DNA of 64,000 nucleotides, from the NCBI GenBank assembly GCA_964542785.1, contig CAZIUK010000003.1, forward strand, positions 12,946-76,945. The letters run 5' to 3'. Below the pieces are notes generated by a model, which did no database searches, was not told the origin of the DNA, and was given only the letters and a program-made list of their open reading frames with translations. Made by a program: the position numbers and the translations under genes. Below are positions 29,591 through 39,379 of the stretch, in pieces. Each line of letters starts with the position of its first letter. The stretch's first letter is position 1. Origin of the DNA: an uncultured Planctomycetales bacterium. Lineage in GTDB: Bacteria; Omnitrophota; Gorgyraeia; Gygaellales; Profunditerraquicolaceae.

Positions 29591-30415
29591 ATGAGCTATT
29601 ATTCCGCGCTGGGGTTAAAAAAGGAACCTTTTTCTAATAGCCCTGACCCCGATTTTTTCTTTGAATCCAATGAACATAAAGCTGCCCTTACCAGGCTTTT
29701 GATTGAAATACGTCTGCGTAGAGGCTTAAGCGTTATTTTAGGTGATGTAGGAGTCGGCAAGACTACTCTTTCCCGTAAACTTTTTCAAATGCTAAAAGAG
29801 CGTTTGGATATACTCTTCTTTATGGTCTTGGATCCAACCGCTGAAAGCGCAGAGTTATTCTTAGAGTCGTTAGTGCGTACCTTTAACCTGCAGGATGATA
29901 TCGGTGATTCTCCGACAATACTTGATTATAAAGAGGTTATTAAAAAATTTCTCTTTCAGAAGGGGGTGGAGGAGAATAAAACTATAGTTTTAGTTGTTGA
30001 TGAAGCTCAAAAGCTTAACCCCTTGTCTTTAGAGATCTTACGCGTCTTATTAAATTATGAAACTAATGATTTTAAGCTTTTGCAGTTAGTCTTATTGGGG
30101 CAGTTGGAGCTCTTGTCTAGAATAAAAGAGATTAAGAATTTTTATGACCGTATAGTCCTTAAATATGTAATAAACCCTTTAGATGAATTAGCGACAAGGG
30201 ATTTAATTGATTTTCGTTTGAAGCATTCTGGTTTTGATTCTGAACTAAAACTTTTTACAGAGGAAGCAGTTAGCGAGGTTTACCGTTATAGCCAAGGTTA
30301 TCCGCGCAGGATTAATTTAATTTGCCATAATTCATTAAGAAATTTTTTGATGAGCAAAAAAACTTTAATTGATGCAGATATAATTAGAGAAGCAATAACT
30401 AAAAGCGCCTTATAG
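29591..30415 (+). CDS. ExeA/GspA/MshM-like AAA ATPase associated with secretin assembly
   Basis: Walker A GDVGVGKTT; Walker B VVDEAQ; ExeA-family N-terminus MSYYSALGLKKEPF. Confidence 0.75.
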   Translation: MSYYSALGLKKEPFSNSPDPDFFFESNEHKAALTRLLIEIRLRRGLSVILGDVGVGKTTLSRKLFQMLKERLDILFFMVLDPTAESAELFLESLVRTFNLQDDIGDSPTILDYKEVIKKFLFQKGVEENKTIVLVVDEAQKLNPLSLEILRVLLNYETNDFKLLQLVLLGQLELLSRIKEIKNFYDRIVLKYVINPLDELATRDLIDFRLKHSGFDSELKLFTEEAVSEVYRYSQGYPRRINLICHNSLRNFLMSKKTLIDADIIREAITKSAL

Positions 30416-30417
30416 TT

Positions 30418-31077
30418 ATGGATAAACAGAGCTCTGACGAAAGACTCCTTAAGCTTATAGAAGGTCAATATAATACCACTACCTTAAAAGGACAGCAAAT
30501 CCCATTTCCCAAAGGACAGAAGCCCGCTATAGAGAAAATAGAGAGAAAATTTAACCTCAATAAATTATTATCTCAAATTAAGGAGCTAAAAATTGATTTA
30601 GTTTATATTAACAAAGGATTAATTTTAGCAGCTGTTTTTTTAGTTTTAGTTTTTTTATTTACTATCTTTACTCCTCCTGGGACTTCTCTTTTAAGCCTTG
30701 AGACTTTTAATAACGCTAGCTCTCGGCAGATAGAGCAGCTAATTAATATGGGGCAAAAGCAGGCGAGTTTGCGTAAATCTGCCTCCTTTAAGGATATAAA
30801 AAGGAATATATTTCTTCCTTTTAGCGCTCCTCAGGGTTTATTAAACCTACAGCAAGCTACAGAATTATCGGAAGAGATAAAAGCGTTAAAATTGGTGGGT
30901 ATTATTTGGTCGGCTGATCCTGAGGTTATGATTGAGAATGCAAAAGACACAAGGACTTATATACTTAAAAAAGGAGATACTTTTAATGAATCTTATAAGG
31001 TAAAAAATATAACACGCAATTCAGTAACCTTGCAGGTATCTACCCAAGATGGCCTAAAGGATTATGAGCTAAGATGA
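30418..31077 (+). CDS. Bitopic membrane protein, possible GspB/GspC/PilP-like secretin partner
   Basis: Single TM helix; C-terminal beta-rich segment; sits between the ExeA-like and secretin genes. Confidence 0.35.
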   Translation: MDKQSSDERLLKLIEGQYNTTTLKGQQIPFPKGQKPAIEKIERKFNLNKLLSQIKELKIDLVYINKGLILAAVFLVLVFLFTIFTPPGTSLLSLETFNNASSRQIEQLINMGQKQASLRKSASFKDIKRNIFLPFSAPQGLLNLQQATELSEEIKALKLVGIIWSADPEVMIENAKDTRTYILKKGDTFNESYKVKNITRNSVTLQVSTQDGLKDYELR

Positions 31078-32609
31078 GGATTTTATTTTATTTTTTCTTA
31101 TATTTATCTTTATTTTTATTTTATCCCGGGTTAATTTTATCAGGAGAGGAAGGTACGCAGGTAAGCGCAGTTAAGGAGGTTAAGTTAGACGGGGTAAATG
31201 ATGATAGTCAAGAGAGTATTGATAAGATTTCTTTGGATCTGAAAGGGGTTGATATCAATGAGCTTTTTAAGATAATTTCTGCAAAATCCGGAATCACCAT
31301 AGTTACCTCTCCTGAAGTAAGGGGCCGGGTTTCGGTTTTTATTGATAATTTAAGTTTTGATGATGCGTTAGACGTAATCGTGACCTTACAGGATCTTGCT
31401 TACGAGAAGAAGGGGAACGTAGTAAAGGTGATGACTATGGTAGAGTATGAGCGGGCCTATGGGAAAAAATTCGGGGAGAGGAAAGAGACCCGTACTATAC
31501 GGCTTACTTATGCTAAGCCTTCTAATGTCGTCAATGCAATTACCTCCTTAAAGTCTGACCTTGGCAAGATTATTGCCGATGAATCTACCGGGACTATTAT
31601 TATAACCGATACTCCGCAATCTTTAAGTGTCATTTTAGAAGCTATTAAAGAATTAGACCGTCCTTTAGAAACTTTAGTAATTGATATTAATTATGCGCGT
31701 TTTGGGGATATAAAAAATTACCTGAATGAATTAATTACCCCCGGGGTAGGGCAGATTATCTCTGATGATAGAAGCGGTAAAGTGGTGGTTTATGATTTTC
31801 CTCAAAGGTTGGCGCGCATTAAAAACCTTTTGCAGGAATTAGACGAACAGTCCCGTCAGGTGCTTATTACTGGAGAGATTATTGAAGTAGAGATAGGCGA
31901 TAAATTTCAAAGCGGTATTGAGTGGGAAAAAATATTTAAGTCTGTGCATATGGATAATTTGGATTTAGTAGCGAAATTTCCAGTTACCCCGGCTTTGGCT
32001 AATTACGGTAAAATTAGCATAGGAACCTTGACACAGGACCATTATAATATAATAATTAATATGATTAATGAATATGGAAAGACTAAGATACTTAACCGCC
32101 CTAGGATTGTGGCGGTTAATAAAGAAGAGGCTAGGATTCTTGTCGGGACTCGCGAGGCCTATGTTACCTCTAGCCAAAGCCAAAGCGAAACTTCTGTAGT
32201 TACCGCAGAGAACATCAACTTTGTAGATGTCGGGCTTAAGCTGGTGGTTATTCCTACTATTGGCTCTGACGGTTTTATTACTATGAAAATAAAGCCTGAA
32301 ATCAGCACAGTAAAGGAGTATTTAGATACTGAGGCAGGTGGCCGTGTGCCGATAGTTAAAACTGCTGAATCGGAGACTGTGGTTAAGGTAAAAGACGGAA
32401 ATATGTTAGTTATAGCAGGGTTGATGATAGATAGTGATTTAAAAGAGGCTAAGGGGCTGCCTGATTTGTCTAAGTTGCCTATTTTAGGCCATTTATTTTC
32501 TACGAAGACAAAGGAAAAGACAAAATCAGAAATAGTTATTTTTATAACGCCAACAATTATAAGCGGCACTAGTGATTTTGGGCGCGAGGAGAGAAATGCA
32601 ATCAGGTAA
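31074..32609 (+). CDS. Secretin (T2SS/T4P GspD/PilQ/MshL family)
   Basis: Signal peptide; N-terminal secretin-N domains; C-terminal secretin core ending LPILGHLFSTKTKEKTKSEIVIFITPTII. Confidence 0.85.
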   Translation: MRILFYFFLYLSLFLFYPGLILSGEEGTQVSAVKEVKLDGVNDDSQESIDKISLDLKGVDINELFKIISAKSGITIVTSPEVRGRVSVFIDNLSFDDALDVIVTLQDLAYEKKGNVVKVMTMVEYERAYGKKFGERKETRTIRLTYAKPSNVVNAITSLKSDLGKIIADESTGTIIITDTPQSLSVILEAIKELDRPLETLVIDINYARFGDIKNYLNELITPGVGQIISDDRSGKVVVYDFPQRLARIKNLLQELDEQSRQVLITGEIIEVEIGDKFQSGIEWEKIFKSVHMDNLDLVAKFPVTPALANYGKISIGTLTQDHYNIIINMINEYGKTKILNRPRIVAVNKEEARILVGTREAYVTSSQSQSETSVVTAENINFVDVGLKLVVIPTIGSDGFITMKIKPEISTVKEYLDTEAGGRVPIVKTAESETVVKVKDGNMLVIAGLMIDSDLKEAKGLPDLSKLPILGHLFSTKTKEKTKSEIVIFITPTIISGTSDFGREERNAIR

Positions 32610-32628
32610 TATTATAAATGGTATAAAA

Positions 32629-32666
32629 GGGGACAGCGACTTTTTTATCAAAAAGTCGCTGTCCCT
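32629..32666. repeat. REP-like palindromic element GGGGACAGCGAC-T6atcA5-GTCGCTGTCCCT
   Basis: Exact family members also at 36657, 36819-36872, 38526, 53391-53449, 55076, 55700 and 59281-59340. Confidence 0.85.
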
Positions 32667-32670
32667 ATTT

Positions 32671-34611
32671 ATGAAATGGGGTATCTGCCTATTTTTATTA
32701 TTTTTGCTGATAGCGCCTTTAGGGGCTTTTATTTTTGCGCAAGGCGATATTGATTATGATGAACAGATAGATAAGATTTCTTTAGATTTAAAGAATGTTG
32801 AAATTGTAGAGCTTCTGCGCATACTTTCTCTTAAGACAAAAAAGACAATTGTCCCCAGCAAAGATATCTCAGGGCGCGTTACTATTTACCTTAATAACGT
32901 CTCTTTTAATGACGTTTTAGATATAGTCCTTTTAACTCAAGGCCTGGCTTTAAACAAAAAAGATAATATTTATTATGTTATGAGCGAAGCTGAATTTAAA
33001 AAAATTTTCGGCCGGGATTACATTGACAATAGAAAGGTAGAGACGGTAAAGCTTGCTTATGCTAAGCCCTCGGTAGTTTTTAATGCCTTAGGCCAGTTAA
33101 AATCAGATCTGGGGAAATTAGTCGTAGATGAATCAAGCGGGACGGTTATTCTTATAGATATTCCCGAAAAACTTTCTCTGATGAAAAAGATGATAAATGA
33201 AATGGACCAGCCATTGACAACCAAGGTCTACAACCTTAACTACATTAAAGCTGCTGATGCTAAAACTCAAATAACTGCCGCTATTACGCAAGGCACAGGA
33301 GAGGTTATAGTAGATGAAAGAAGCAGTAAAGCTATTGTTTCAGATTTATCTAAGAAAATGGATAAGATAGGTATGCTTGTACGCGAGATAGACGAAGAAT
33401 CGCGCCAGGTTTATGTGGAGGCTGATATTGTAGAGCTTAGTTTAAGCGATAAGTTTGAGCGCGGCATAGATTGGGAGAAGGTTTATACCTCTGCGGCTAT
33501 GGATGGATTAACCTTTGCCGGTTATTTCCCTGCTACATTAGCGCAGTTTCAAAAAATATCCGTTGGCACTTTAGCCGTGGATCACTACAAGGCCATATTA
33601 AATTTTCTTAACACTTACGGCAAGACGAATATCATCTCTCAGCCTAGGATAGCAGTTGTTAATAATGAAGAGGCAAATATTATGATTGGCGTGCGTGAGG
33701 CTTATATAACACAGACGCAGAGTCAGGCTACTTCCACTACGGTTACTTCGGAAACGGTAGAGTTTATTGATGTTGGCGTTAAGCTTAAAATATCCCCAAG
33801 GATAGGCTCTGATGGTTTTATCACTATGAAACTTAAACCTGAGGTAAGCTCTGTAAAGGAGACAGTAGAGACTTCTTTAGGCAGCCGTATTCCGATAGTC
33901 CAGACTTCTGAGTCAGAGACGACGGTAAAGGTTAAGGATGGGACGATGATTATGATTGCCGGGATGACTAAGATTGAAAATGTAGATGCGATTAAGGGTT
34001 GGCCAGTGCTTTCTAAAATTCCCTTTCTTGATATATTCTTTGGCAATCGTACCAGCGAGAAAAAGAGAACAGAGGTTATAGTCTTTTTGACTCCGAGAAT
34101 AATGCGCAGTGATGAAGGCTTAAGAGGATTAGAGATTGCTAAGATTCTCCCTAAGGAATATCTGCCTGAGAAGCTGCAGGTTAAGATAGACAGGGACCAG
34201 AAGATAGATGACGCTTTGTTTGAGACTGAGGAGAATCCGCAGGAATTACTTACGGCGCGCGATTATTATTTTAAGGGGTTAGAGTCGCAGGCATCTTTGG
34301 ATAATAAAGAGGCCATACGTTATTTTAAGAAGGCTATAGAGTTAGATAGTAAATATGCCGCGGCTTATAACAATTTAGGAATTGCTTATGAGAAGGAGTT
34401 TATGCCGGAAAAAGCAGAAGAGGCGTATCTTCAGGTTATATCTATGGACCCTTCTTTTGTCTCTGCTTATTCTAATTTAGCCTTACTTAATGAAGACCGG
34501 CTTGATTATGCCCGGGCGCTTATTTATTGGAGAAAACGAGTCCTTTACGGAGACCCTAATGATGAGTGGACTAAACAGGCTGTTCAAAGGGTTAAGGAGC
34601 TTAGCCGTTAA
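32671..34611 (+). CDS. Second secretin paralog with a C-terminal TPR extension (secretin fused to a pilotin/MshN-like TPR domain)
   Basis: Likely start MKWGICLFLLF (signal peptide), just after the REP element. Secretin core IPFLDIFFGNRTSEKKRTEVIVFLTP. C-terminal TPR repeats (AIRYFKKAIELDSKYAAAYNNLGIAY...). Confidence 0.8.
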   Translation: MKWGICLFLLFLLIAPLGAFIFAQGDIDYDEQIDKISLDLKNVEIVELLRILSLKTKKTIVPSKDISGRVTIYLNNVSFNDVLDIVLLTQGLALNKKDNIYYVMSEAEFKKIFGRDYIDNRKVETVKLAYAKPSVVFNALGQLKSDLGKLVVDESSGTVILIDIPEKLSLMKKMINEMDQPLTTKVYNLNYIKAADAKTQITAAITQGTGEVIVDERSSKAIVSDLSKKMDKIGMLVREIDEESRQVYVEADIVELSLSDKFERGIDWEKVYTSAAMDGLTFAGYFPATLAQFQKISVGTLAVDHYKAILNFLNTYGKTNIISQPRIAVVNNEEANIMIGVREAYITQTQSQATSTTVTSETVEFIDVGVKLKISPRIGSDGFITMKLKPEVSSVKETVETSLGSRIPIVQTSESETTVKVKDGTMIMIAGMTKIENVDAIKGWPVLSKIPFLDIFFGNRTSEKKRTEVIVFLTPRIMRSDEGLRGLEIAKILPKEYLPEKLQVKIDRDQKIDDALFETEENPQELLTARDYYFKGLESQASLDNKEAIRYFKKAIELDSKYAAAYNNLGIAYEKEFMPEKAEEAYLQVISMDPSFVSAYSNLALLNEDRLDYARALIYWRKRVLYGDPNDEWTKQAVQRVKELSR

Positions 34612-35965
34612 CTTAAAACCAAAGAAGAGCTTTTTTCAGGAGAAACTCCTCCTCTTTTCTTTTTTCATCCTTATTTTTAGCACCTTTCTTATAGGATCTG
34701 TTGGTATATCCAAAATATATTGGTTTAATGCTAAAGTTAAAGATTTAGCCCAACATAACCTTAAATTAGAGTCCGCAGTTCTTGAGATGAGGATAAGGAA
34801 TGCTAATTTTGCGATGGGGGTGCGTAACTATGTTTTTTGGCGCGCTTCACGCTACTTGCAGTCTGTATCCATTGCCGGAGACTTAGATAAGATTTTTATT
34901 TCGGTAGAAGATTTTGAAGAGCATCTTAAAGCGTATCGCCAGAGTTCTTATCTAAAGGAGCAGAGGGATTGGGCAGATGAAGTAGCTTTAGCTTTTGATG
35001 GGGTTGTCCAGCAAGGCAAGAGGCTTGTTGAGCTGCTTGGAAAAGAAGAACCGGGAAAGATAAGCGAGCTTATAAACAGCCAGTTGATGAGCTTTGAGAA
35101 TAATGTTTACCGAATTGATGAATTTTTAGATAAGGCGATGGGCAAGTCTAATCTTGCTGAGGTAGAGCGCCAGATGCTTATTACAGCTCAGGATAAGGAG
35201 CAGGCTATTAGTTTTTTGAAGGTAAGCCTTATTGTATCTATTCTTATGGGGTTAGTTATTGCGTCTGTGGTATATCGCAGGATAGTCCGGGAAAAAGCTT
35301 ACCGCCAGAAACTCTTTGACCGGATTGTAAATCTTGAGGAGGACGAGCGTAAGAAGCTCTCTACCGCGGTTCATGATGAGATGGGCCAAGACTTAAGCGC
35401 CCTTAAGATTTATTTAGGGTTAATTTCTCAAGAGCTGCCGGATATAGCTGAAGATACTAAGAAAAAGCTTGATGAGTGCAAAAAGATCGCTTCCGGGCTT
35501 ATCGAGAAGAGCCATAATATTTCTTTTCTTCTCAGGCCCCCGGAGTTAGACGAGGTAGGGCTTTTAGAGAGCATAGAATCGCTTCTTCTTGAGGCTAAAC
35601 ATTTAACGGGGATAGAGTATTCATTTCAGAAGCCTAAGCTTTTGCTGGATTGTTCGGCAGAGAGGAGTCTTTTGCTTTACCGCGCCTCTCAGGAACTTTT
35701 AACCAATATGATAAAATATGCAAAGGCAAAAAATGTGGTTTTACGTTTAAATAGGATCGGTGATTCCGCTCAGCTTTTTTATTATGATGATGGTTGCGGG
35801 TTTGATCTTGCAAAGTTAAAGTATAAATTATTGCGCCGCAGAGAGGATAAGTTTGGCTTGGGGTTATTGGGCCTGAAAGAAAGGGTGGAGCTTTTAGGCG
35901 GGGATATAAAGATAAATTCGTCTTTGGGGGGAGGCACGACTATTATAGTCAATTTGCCGCTTTAA
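34559..35965 (+). CDS. Sensor histidine kinase (HisKA_3 / NarX-DegS type)
   Basis: Two TM helices around a ~190-aa periplasmic domain; H-box AVHDEMGQDLSALKIYL; HATPase_c G-boxes. The only in-frame start codons (34490, 34508, 34559, 34562) overlap the 3' end of the secretin-TPR gene, so the start is uncertain. Confidence 0.75.
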   Translation: MMSGLNRLFKGLRSLAVNLKPKKSFFQEKLLLFSFFILIFSTFLIGSVGISKIYWFNAKVKDLAQHNLKLESAVLEMRIRNANFAMGVRNYVFWRASRYLQSVSIAGDLDKIFISVEDFEEHLKAYRQSSYLKEQRDWADEVALAFDGVVQQGKRLVELLGKEEPGKISELINSQLMSFENNVYRIDEFLDKAMGKSNLAEVERQMLITAQDKEQAISFLKVSLIVSILMGLVIASVVYRRIVREKAYRQKLFDRIVNLEEDERKKLSTAVHDEMGQDLSALKIYLGLISQELPDIAEDTKKKLDECKKIASGLIEKSHNISFLLRPPELDEVGLLESIESLLLEAKHLTGIEYSFQKPKLLLDCSAERSLLLYRASQELLTNMIKYAKAKNVVLRLNRIGDSAQLFYYDDGCGFDLAKLKYKLLRRREDKFGLGLLGLKERVELLGGDIKINSSLGGGTTIIVNLPL

Positions 35966-35967
35966 TC

Positions 35968-36609
35968 ATGCCTATAAGAGTCGCTATAGTCGATGACCAC
36001 GATATAATCCGTTTGGGGATAAAGAGTGTCTTAGAGAAAATCACAGATTATGAAATTTGCGCTGAAGGAGAGAATGGCGAAGAAGCCTTAAAGATCGCGC
36101 AAAGCTTATCTCCGGATATTATGTTGTTAGATATAACTATGCCTAAGCTTGGAGGGCTTGATATTATTTCCAGGATAAAACGTGCCAGTCCTAAAACCCG
36201 CATTGTGATTATTTCGGTGCATAAATTAGGGGCGTATGTTTTAAAGGCCTTAAGGCAAGGAGTAAGCGGGTATCTTAATAAGGAGAATGTTGCAGAAGAA
36301 CTACTTCTAGCACTTTCAAGCGTATCTAAGGGTAAGGTTTATTTTGGTCAAGAGATATCTCAGTATCTTGCAGAGACTGTTAAAAACCCGGACCAAAAAC
36401 CCTTGTCTCACAGCCTTCTGAGTGAAAAGGAATTGGATATTCTGCGTTTGGTAGTTGAAGGGAAGACAGCAAAAGAGATAGCAGAGGTTACTTTTCTAAG
36501 CCATCGGACAGTTGAAAATTATAAGAATAGTATTATGAAAAAGCTTAATTTACACAAGACAAGTGATTTGATTAAGTACTCATTAGAGAACAAAATACTT
36601 GATATTTGA
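35968..36609 (+). CDS. NarL/FixJ-family response regulator (receiver plus LuxR-type HTH)
   Basis: Receiver motifs (DDHD...LLDITMPK); C-terminal LuxR HTH LSEKELDILRLVVEGKTAKEIAEVTFLSHRTVENY. Confidence 0.9.
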   Translation: MPIRVAIVDDHDIIRLGIKSVLEKITDYEICAEGENGEEALKIAQSLSPDIMLLDITMPKLGGLDIISRIKRASPKTRIVIISVHKLGAYVLKALRQGVSGYLNKENVAEELLLALSSVSKGKVYFGQEISQYLAETVKNPDQKPLSHSLLSEKELDILRLVVEGKTAKEIAEVTFLSHRTVENYKNSIMKKLNLHKTSDLIKYSLENKILDI

Positions 36610-36615
36610 TCTTAT

Positions 36616-36643
36616 AAATGTCCAATCTAAAATGTCCATTCTA
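36616..36643 (+). promoter_or_regulatory. Perfect tandem 14-bp direct repeat AAATGTCCAATCTA / AAATGTCCATTCTA
   Basis: Read directly; lies between the NarL-type regulator and the DUF2341-like surface protein gene. Confidence 0.3.
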
Positions 36644-36656
36644 AGGAGAAGGGAAA

Positions 36657-36669
36657 GGGGGACAGCGAC
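36657..36669. repeat. REP half-site GGGGGACAGCGAC (solo)
   Basis: Matches the repeat family. Confidence 0.7.
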
Positions 36670-36791
36670 TATTTATAAGAGTAATATTTATAATAAAATA
36701 GAGTAGTTTTACGATTGTTATTTTAGGATAAATATAATATACTTAAGGTACAGGTTAAAAATAAAAAATGGCAGGTATAATGAAAATAATA

Positions 36792-36815
36792 AACAATAAC
36801 AATAACAATAACAAC
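36792..36815. repeat. Hexanucleotide microsatellite (AACAAT)3 plus AACAAC
   Basis: Read directly; ~35 bp upstream of the probable start codon at 36849. Confidence 0.8.
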
Positions 36816-36818
36816 AAA

Positions 36819-36872
36819 GGGGACAGCGACTATTACTATTTTTGCGCTATGATAAAAAAAGTCGCTGTCCCC
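36819..36872. repeat. REP element GGGGACAGCGAC-30 nt-GTCGCTGTCCCC spanning the start codon of the downstream gene
   Basis: The right arm encodes residues 3-8 (KKVAVP) of the signal peptide. Confidence 0.85.
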
Positions 36873-39338
36873 ATTTTGGTTGCGTGTTTTTTTGTTGTCG
36901 CAGCGCAGGCAGAGGTCTTGGTAATTAAAGCTCCCTTAACTTGGGGGCTTGATAAATCCGCAGAATACCCTTTGCCAAAAGTATTAAACGGTATTTATAC
37001 AACTGACCAGTTTGTAGCTACTGAAGGACAAGTTAGCGCTATTACGATGAATTGGGAATCAAGGGGCGCTATATCAATGGAGGTAAGCGCTGATAATGGG
37101 CTGCATTATACTCCGGTAATAAATGGCGTTCCTTTAGAGAGCGGTTTTGTAAGTGGAGATAGGATTCGCTGGCGGGCACAAGCGCTAAATGAGGATGCGC
37201 AGTTAACAGCGGTGAATCTTTCTTATTCTGATACATCCGGAGTAATAGGGGATTTTGGCCAGCCACTTTTAAGCGGATTTATGTACCGTAAAGAATTTAT
37301 AGTGCGCAATGATTCTAGAGAAGATTTATACAATTATCAGATGAAGCTAAGAATAGGGGAAAGTGAATTAGCCAAGGATGCTGATATCTGCCTTTCTAAA
37401 AAAGCAAAAGAGGATTTTAGCGATATAAGAATTAGCGCATCTGATGGTAAGCGTATTTTATCCTATTATCTTGAAAGCATAGAAGGCGAGCTTCCAGGAA
37501 AGCGCAGTGCTGTAATTTGGGTTAATATTCCTCAACTGCCAAAAGAAAAAGATTTAAAGCTTTACCTATATTATGGGAATCCGCAGGCTTTAAGTTTATC
37601 AAGCGGCGAGCAGACGTTTGATTTTTTTGATGATTTTAAAGACCCTGCCAAGAGCAATGAGAAATGGATAACCTATACAGAAAAAAACGGTACCTTGCAA
37701 TTAAAAAATGGGGAAATTAAGCTTGATGCAGCCGAAGCCATTACAAAAGATTTTCTTTTTAAAGAAGGAATTGTTGAGTATCCCGTAGAGATTGAGAGCG
37801 GTTTTGAAAACAGTTTAAACTTGCGTGTCCAGAATGGTAACTCTTATGATATTCCGCTTTGGTCGGGTTATTCTTCTTTATACAAAGGTGCAGAGCATTG
37901 CATTGCTGTAGAGGGGACAGTAAGAAATAATGACACAACTGCTCTACCTTCTTTTGCCGGAAATAGGTATTACTACCGTTTTGAATATTTTAATGGTAAT
38001 ATAGTCTTTAGCCGTTTTGATGCTTTGACTAAAGAAAAGCAGGCAGAGGCAGTCTTTAAGTCTGATTCTTTGCAAAAAATAGGCTATCTGTCTTTGCGTT
38101 CCGGAGGTGACGGGAATGGCAAGAATGTTATTCGTTTTGGCGCTATACTTGTGCGTAAAGCTGCTTTAATCAAACCGTATTTTGTTTCAGCAGGAAAAGA
38201 AGAGCAACTCTCTTTGCCTATTTTTTCCGGTACAACTCTTTCTTCTTTTGGGAGCCTTACTTTGGCCAAAGGGGCAATGAGCGGGCATTATATTTCAAGT
38301 AATATCCGAAGCGAAGACCAGATAAGGATCATGATCCCTGACTGGGATATTGATTCTCTTGGAGGAGAGTTTATCTTACATCTTTCTGCTGATGCCGGCG
38401 GGTCATATAAGAAAGGCTGCGAAAAGGGGAAGTATTATTATGCTTCAAAAAAGGATTTTGTCCCCGGGAAAAACTTAAAGATACGCATTGACCTTTTAAA
38501 AGGGGCAGGCTCCGAAGTCGAAAAAGTCGCTGTCCCCTTTGTGAAGGTGGAGCATAGGGCAGGAAAGGTAAATATTATTTCACCTAATGGCAGAGAGGTC
38601 TGGGAGGTAGGAAGCAGTAAGAAGATTAGCTGGAGTGCCTTGGATTACGATGAAACTTATCTTTTTGATTTAGCTTACTCTGTCAATGGAGGAAAGGATT
38701 ATATTGAGATTATAGCCAATAAAGATAATGATGGAGTTTATACTTGGGTTGTCCCGGATAAAATTACTAAAATCGCAAAGATAAAGATATCTGATTCTTT
38801 GGATAAAGGTATTTATGATCTTTCCGATGCTTATTTTTCTATTGTAGCTAGAGAAGATTTAAGCATTCAGGAAGAGAAAAAAGAAGAAGCAGGGGTAGTA
38901 GTGCAGGCAGCGCTAAAAGATAAAGCCAGTAAAGAGAGCAAAGATAAGAAAGATAAAGTTACTAAAGAAAGCAAAAAGAAGAAAGATAAAGTTAGCAAAG
39001 AGAACAAAAAGTTGCCGGGGAAAAATCTTTATGATCTTTTAATTAAGATAGGCGATAGCAGGTCTTCCTACAGCGAGGGGGATATTGTTATCTTAAGGCC
39101 TTCAGGTTATATTTGGAGCGTTGAAGAGAGGGAGAAGTTTTTGATTGCGCAGGTATACCTAACTGAAAAGCAGGCTGAGGAATTAACCTCTCCTTTAAAA
39201 ACAAAGGATGGAGAGATATTAAGCCGCAGGAAATATAGGATTAACTTGCTTAAGCAGGGGCTTAAAGGTTTGACAGGGTCAATTAAAAGGCCAAAGGGCT
39301 CTTTTGAGGCAGGGGTTATTGAGGATAAGGCAAATTAG
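36849..39338 (+). CDS. Secreted DUF2341/LamG-like surface protein with a Lys-rich low-complexity tail
   Basis: Start MIKKVAVPILVACFFVVAAQA (signal peptide); the ORF-track start at 36768 adds an artefactual poly-Asn extension. IRISASDGKRILSYYLE...AVIWVNIPQL...LYLYYGNPQA resembles the DUF2341 signature. KDK/KESKKK repeats near the C-terminus. Confidence 0.55.
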   Translation: MIKKVAVPILVACFFVVAAQAEVLVIKAPLTWGLDKSAEYPLPKVLNGIYTTDQFVATEGQVSAITMNWESRGAISMEVSADNGLHYTPVINGVPLESGFVSGDRIRWRAQALNEDAQLTAVNLSYSDTSGVIGDFGQPLLSGFMYRKEFIVRNDSREDLYNYQMKLRIGESELAKDADICLSKKAKEDFSDIRISASDGKRILSYYLESIEGELPGKRSAVIWVNIPQLPKEKDLKLYLYYGNPQALSLSSGEQTFDFFDDFKDPAKSNEKWITYTEKNGTLQLKNGEIKLDAAEAITKDFLFKEGIVEYPVEIESGFENSLNLRVQNGNSYDIPLWSGYSSLYKGAEHCIAVEGTVRNNDTTALPSFAGNRYYYRFEYFNGNIVFSRFDALTKEKQAEAVFKSDSLQKIGYLSLRSGGDGNGKNVIRFGAILVRKAALIKPYFVSAGKEEQLSLPIFSGTTLSSFGSLTLAKGAMSGHYISSNIRSEDQIRIMIPDWDIDSLGGEFILHLSADAGGSYKKGCEKGKYYYASKKDFVPGKNLKIRIDLLKGAGSEVEKVAVPFVKVEHRAGKVNIISPNGREVWEVGSSKKISWSALDYDETYLFDLAYSVNGGKDYIEIIANKDNDGVYTWVVPDKITKIAKIKISDSLDKGIYDLSDAYFSIVAREDLSIQEEKKEEAGVVVQAALKDKASKESKDKKDKVTKESKKKKDKVSKENKKLPGKNLYDLLIKIGDSRSSYSEGDIVILRPSGYIWSVEEREKFLIAQVYLTEKQAEELTSPLKTKDGEILSRRKYRINLLKQGLKGLTGSIKRPKGSFEAGVIEDKAN
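38526..38537. repeat. Solo REP half-site GTCGCTGTCCCC inside the coding sequence
   Basis: Read in-frame as KVAVPF within the DUF2341-like protein. Confidence 0.7.
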
Positions 39339-39379
39339 GCAAAGGTATAACTTTTCTTCCTATTAAGGGGGTTTTTAAG

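Noticed and set aside
36768-36848. N-terminal extension of the 36768 ORF containing a poly-Asn run
   Set aside because: It is an artefact of translating the (AACAAT)n microsatellite and the REP arm. The true start is most likely the ATG at 36849, which opens a canonical signal peptide.
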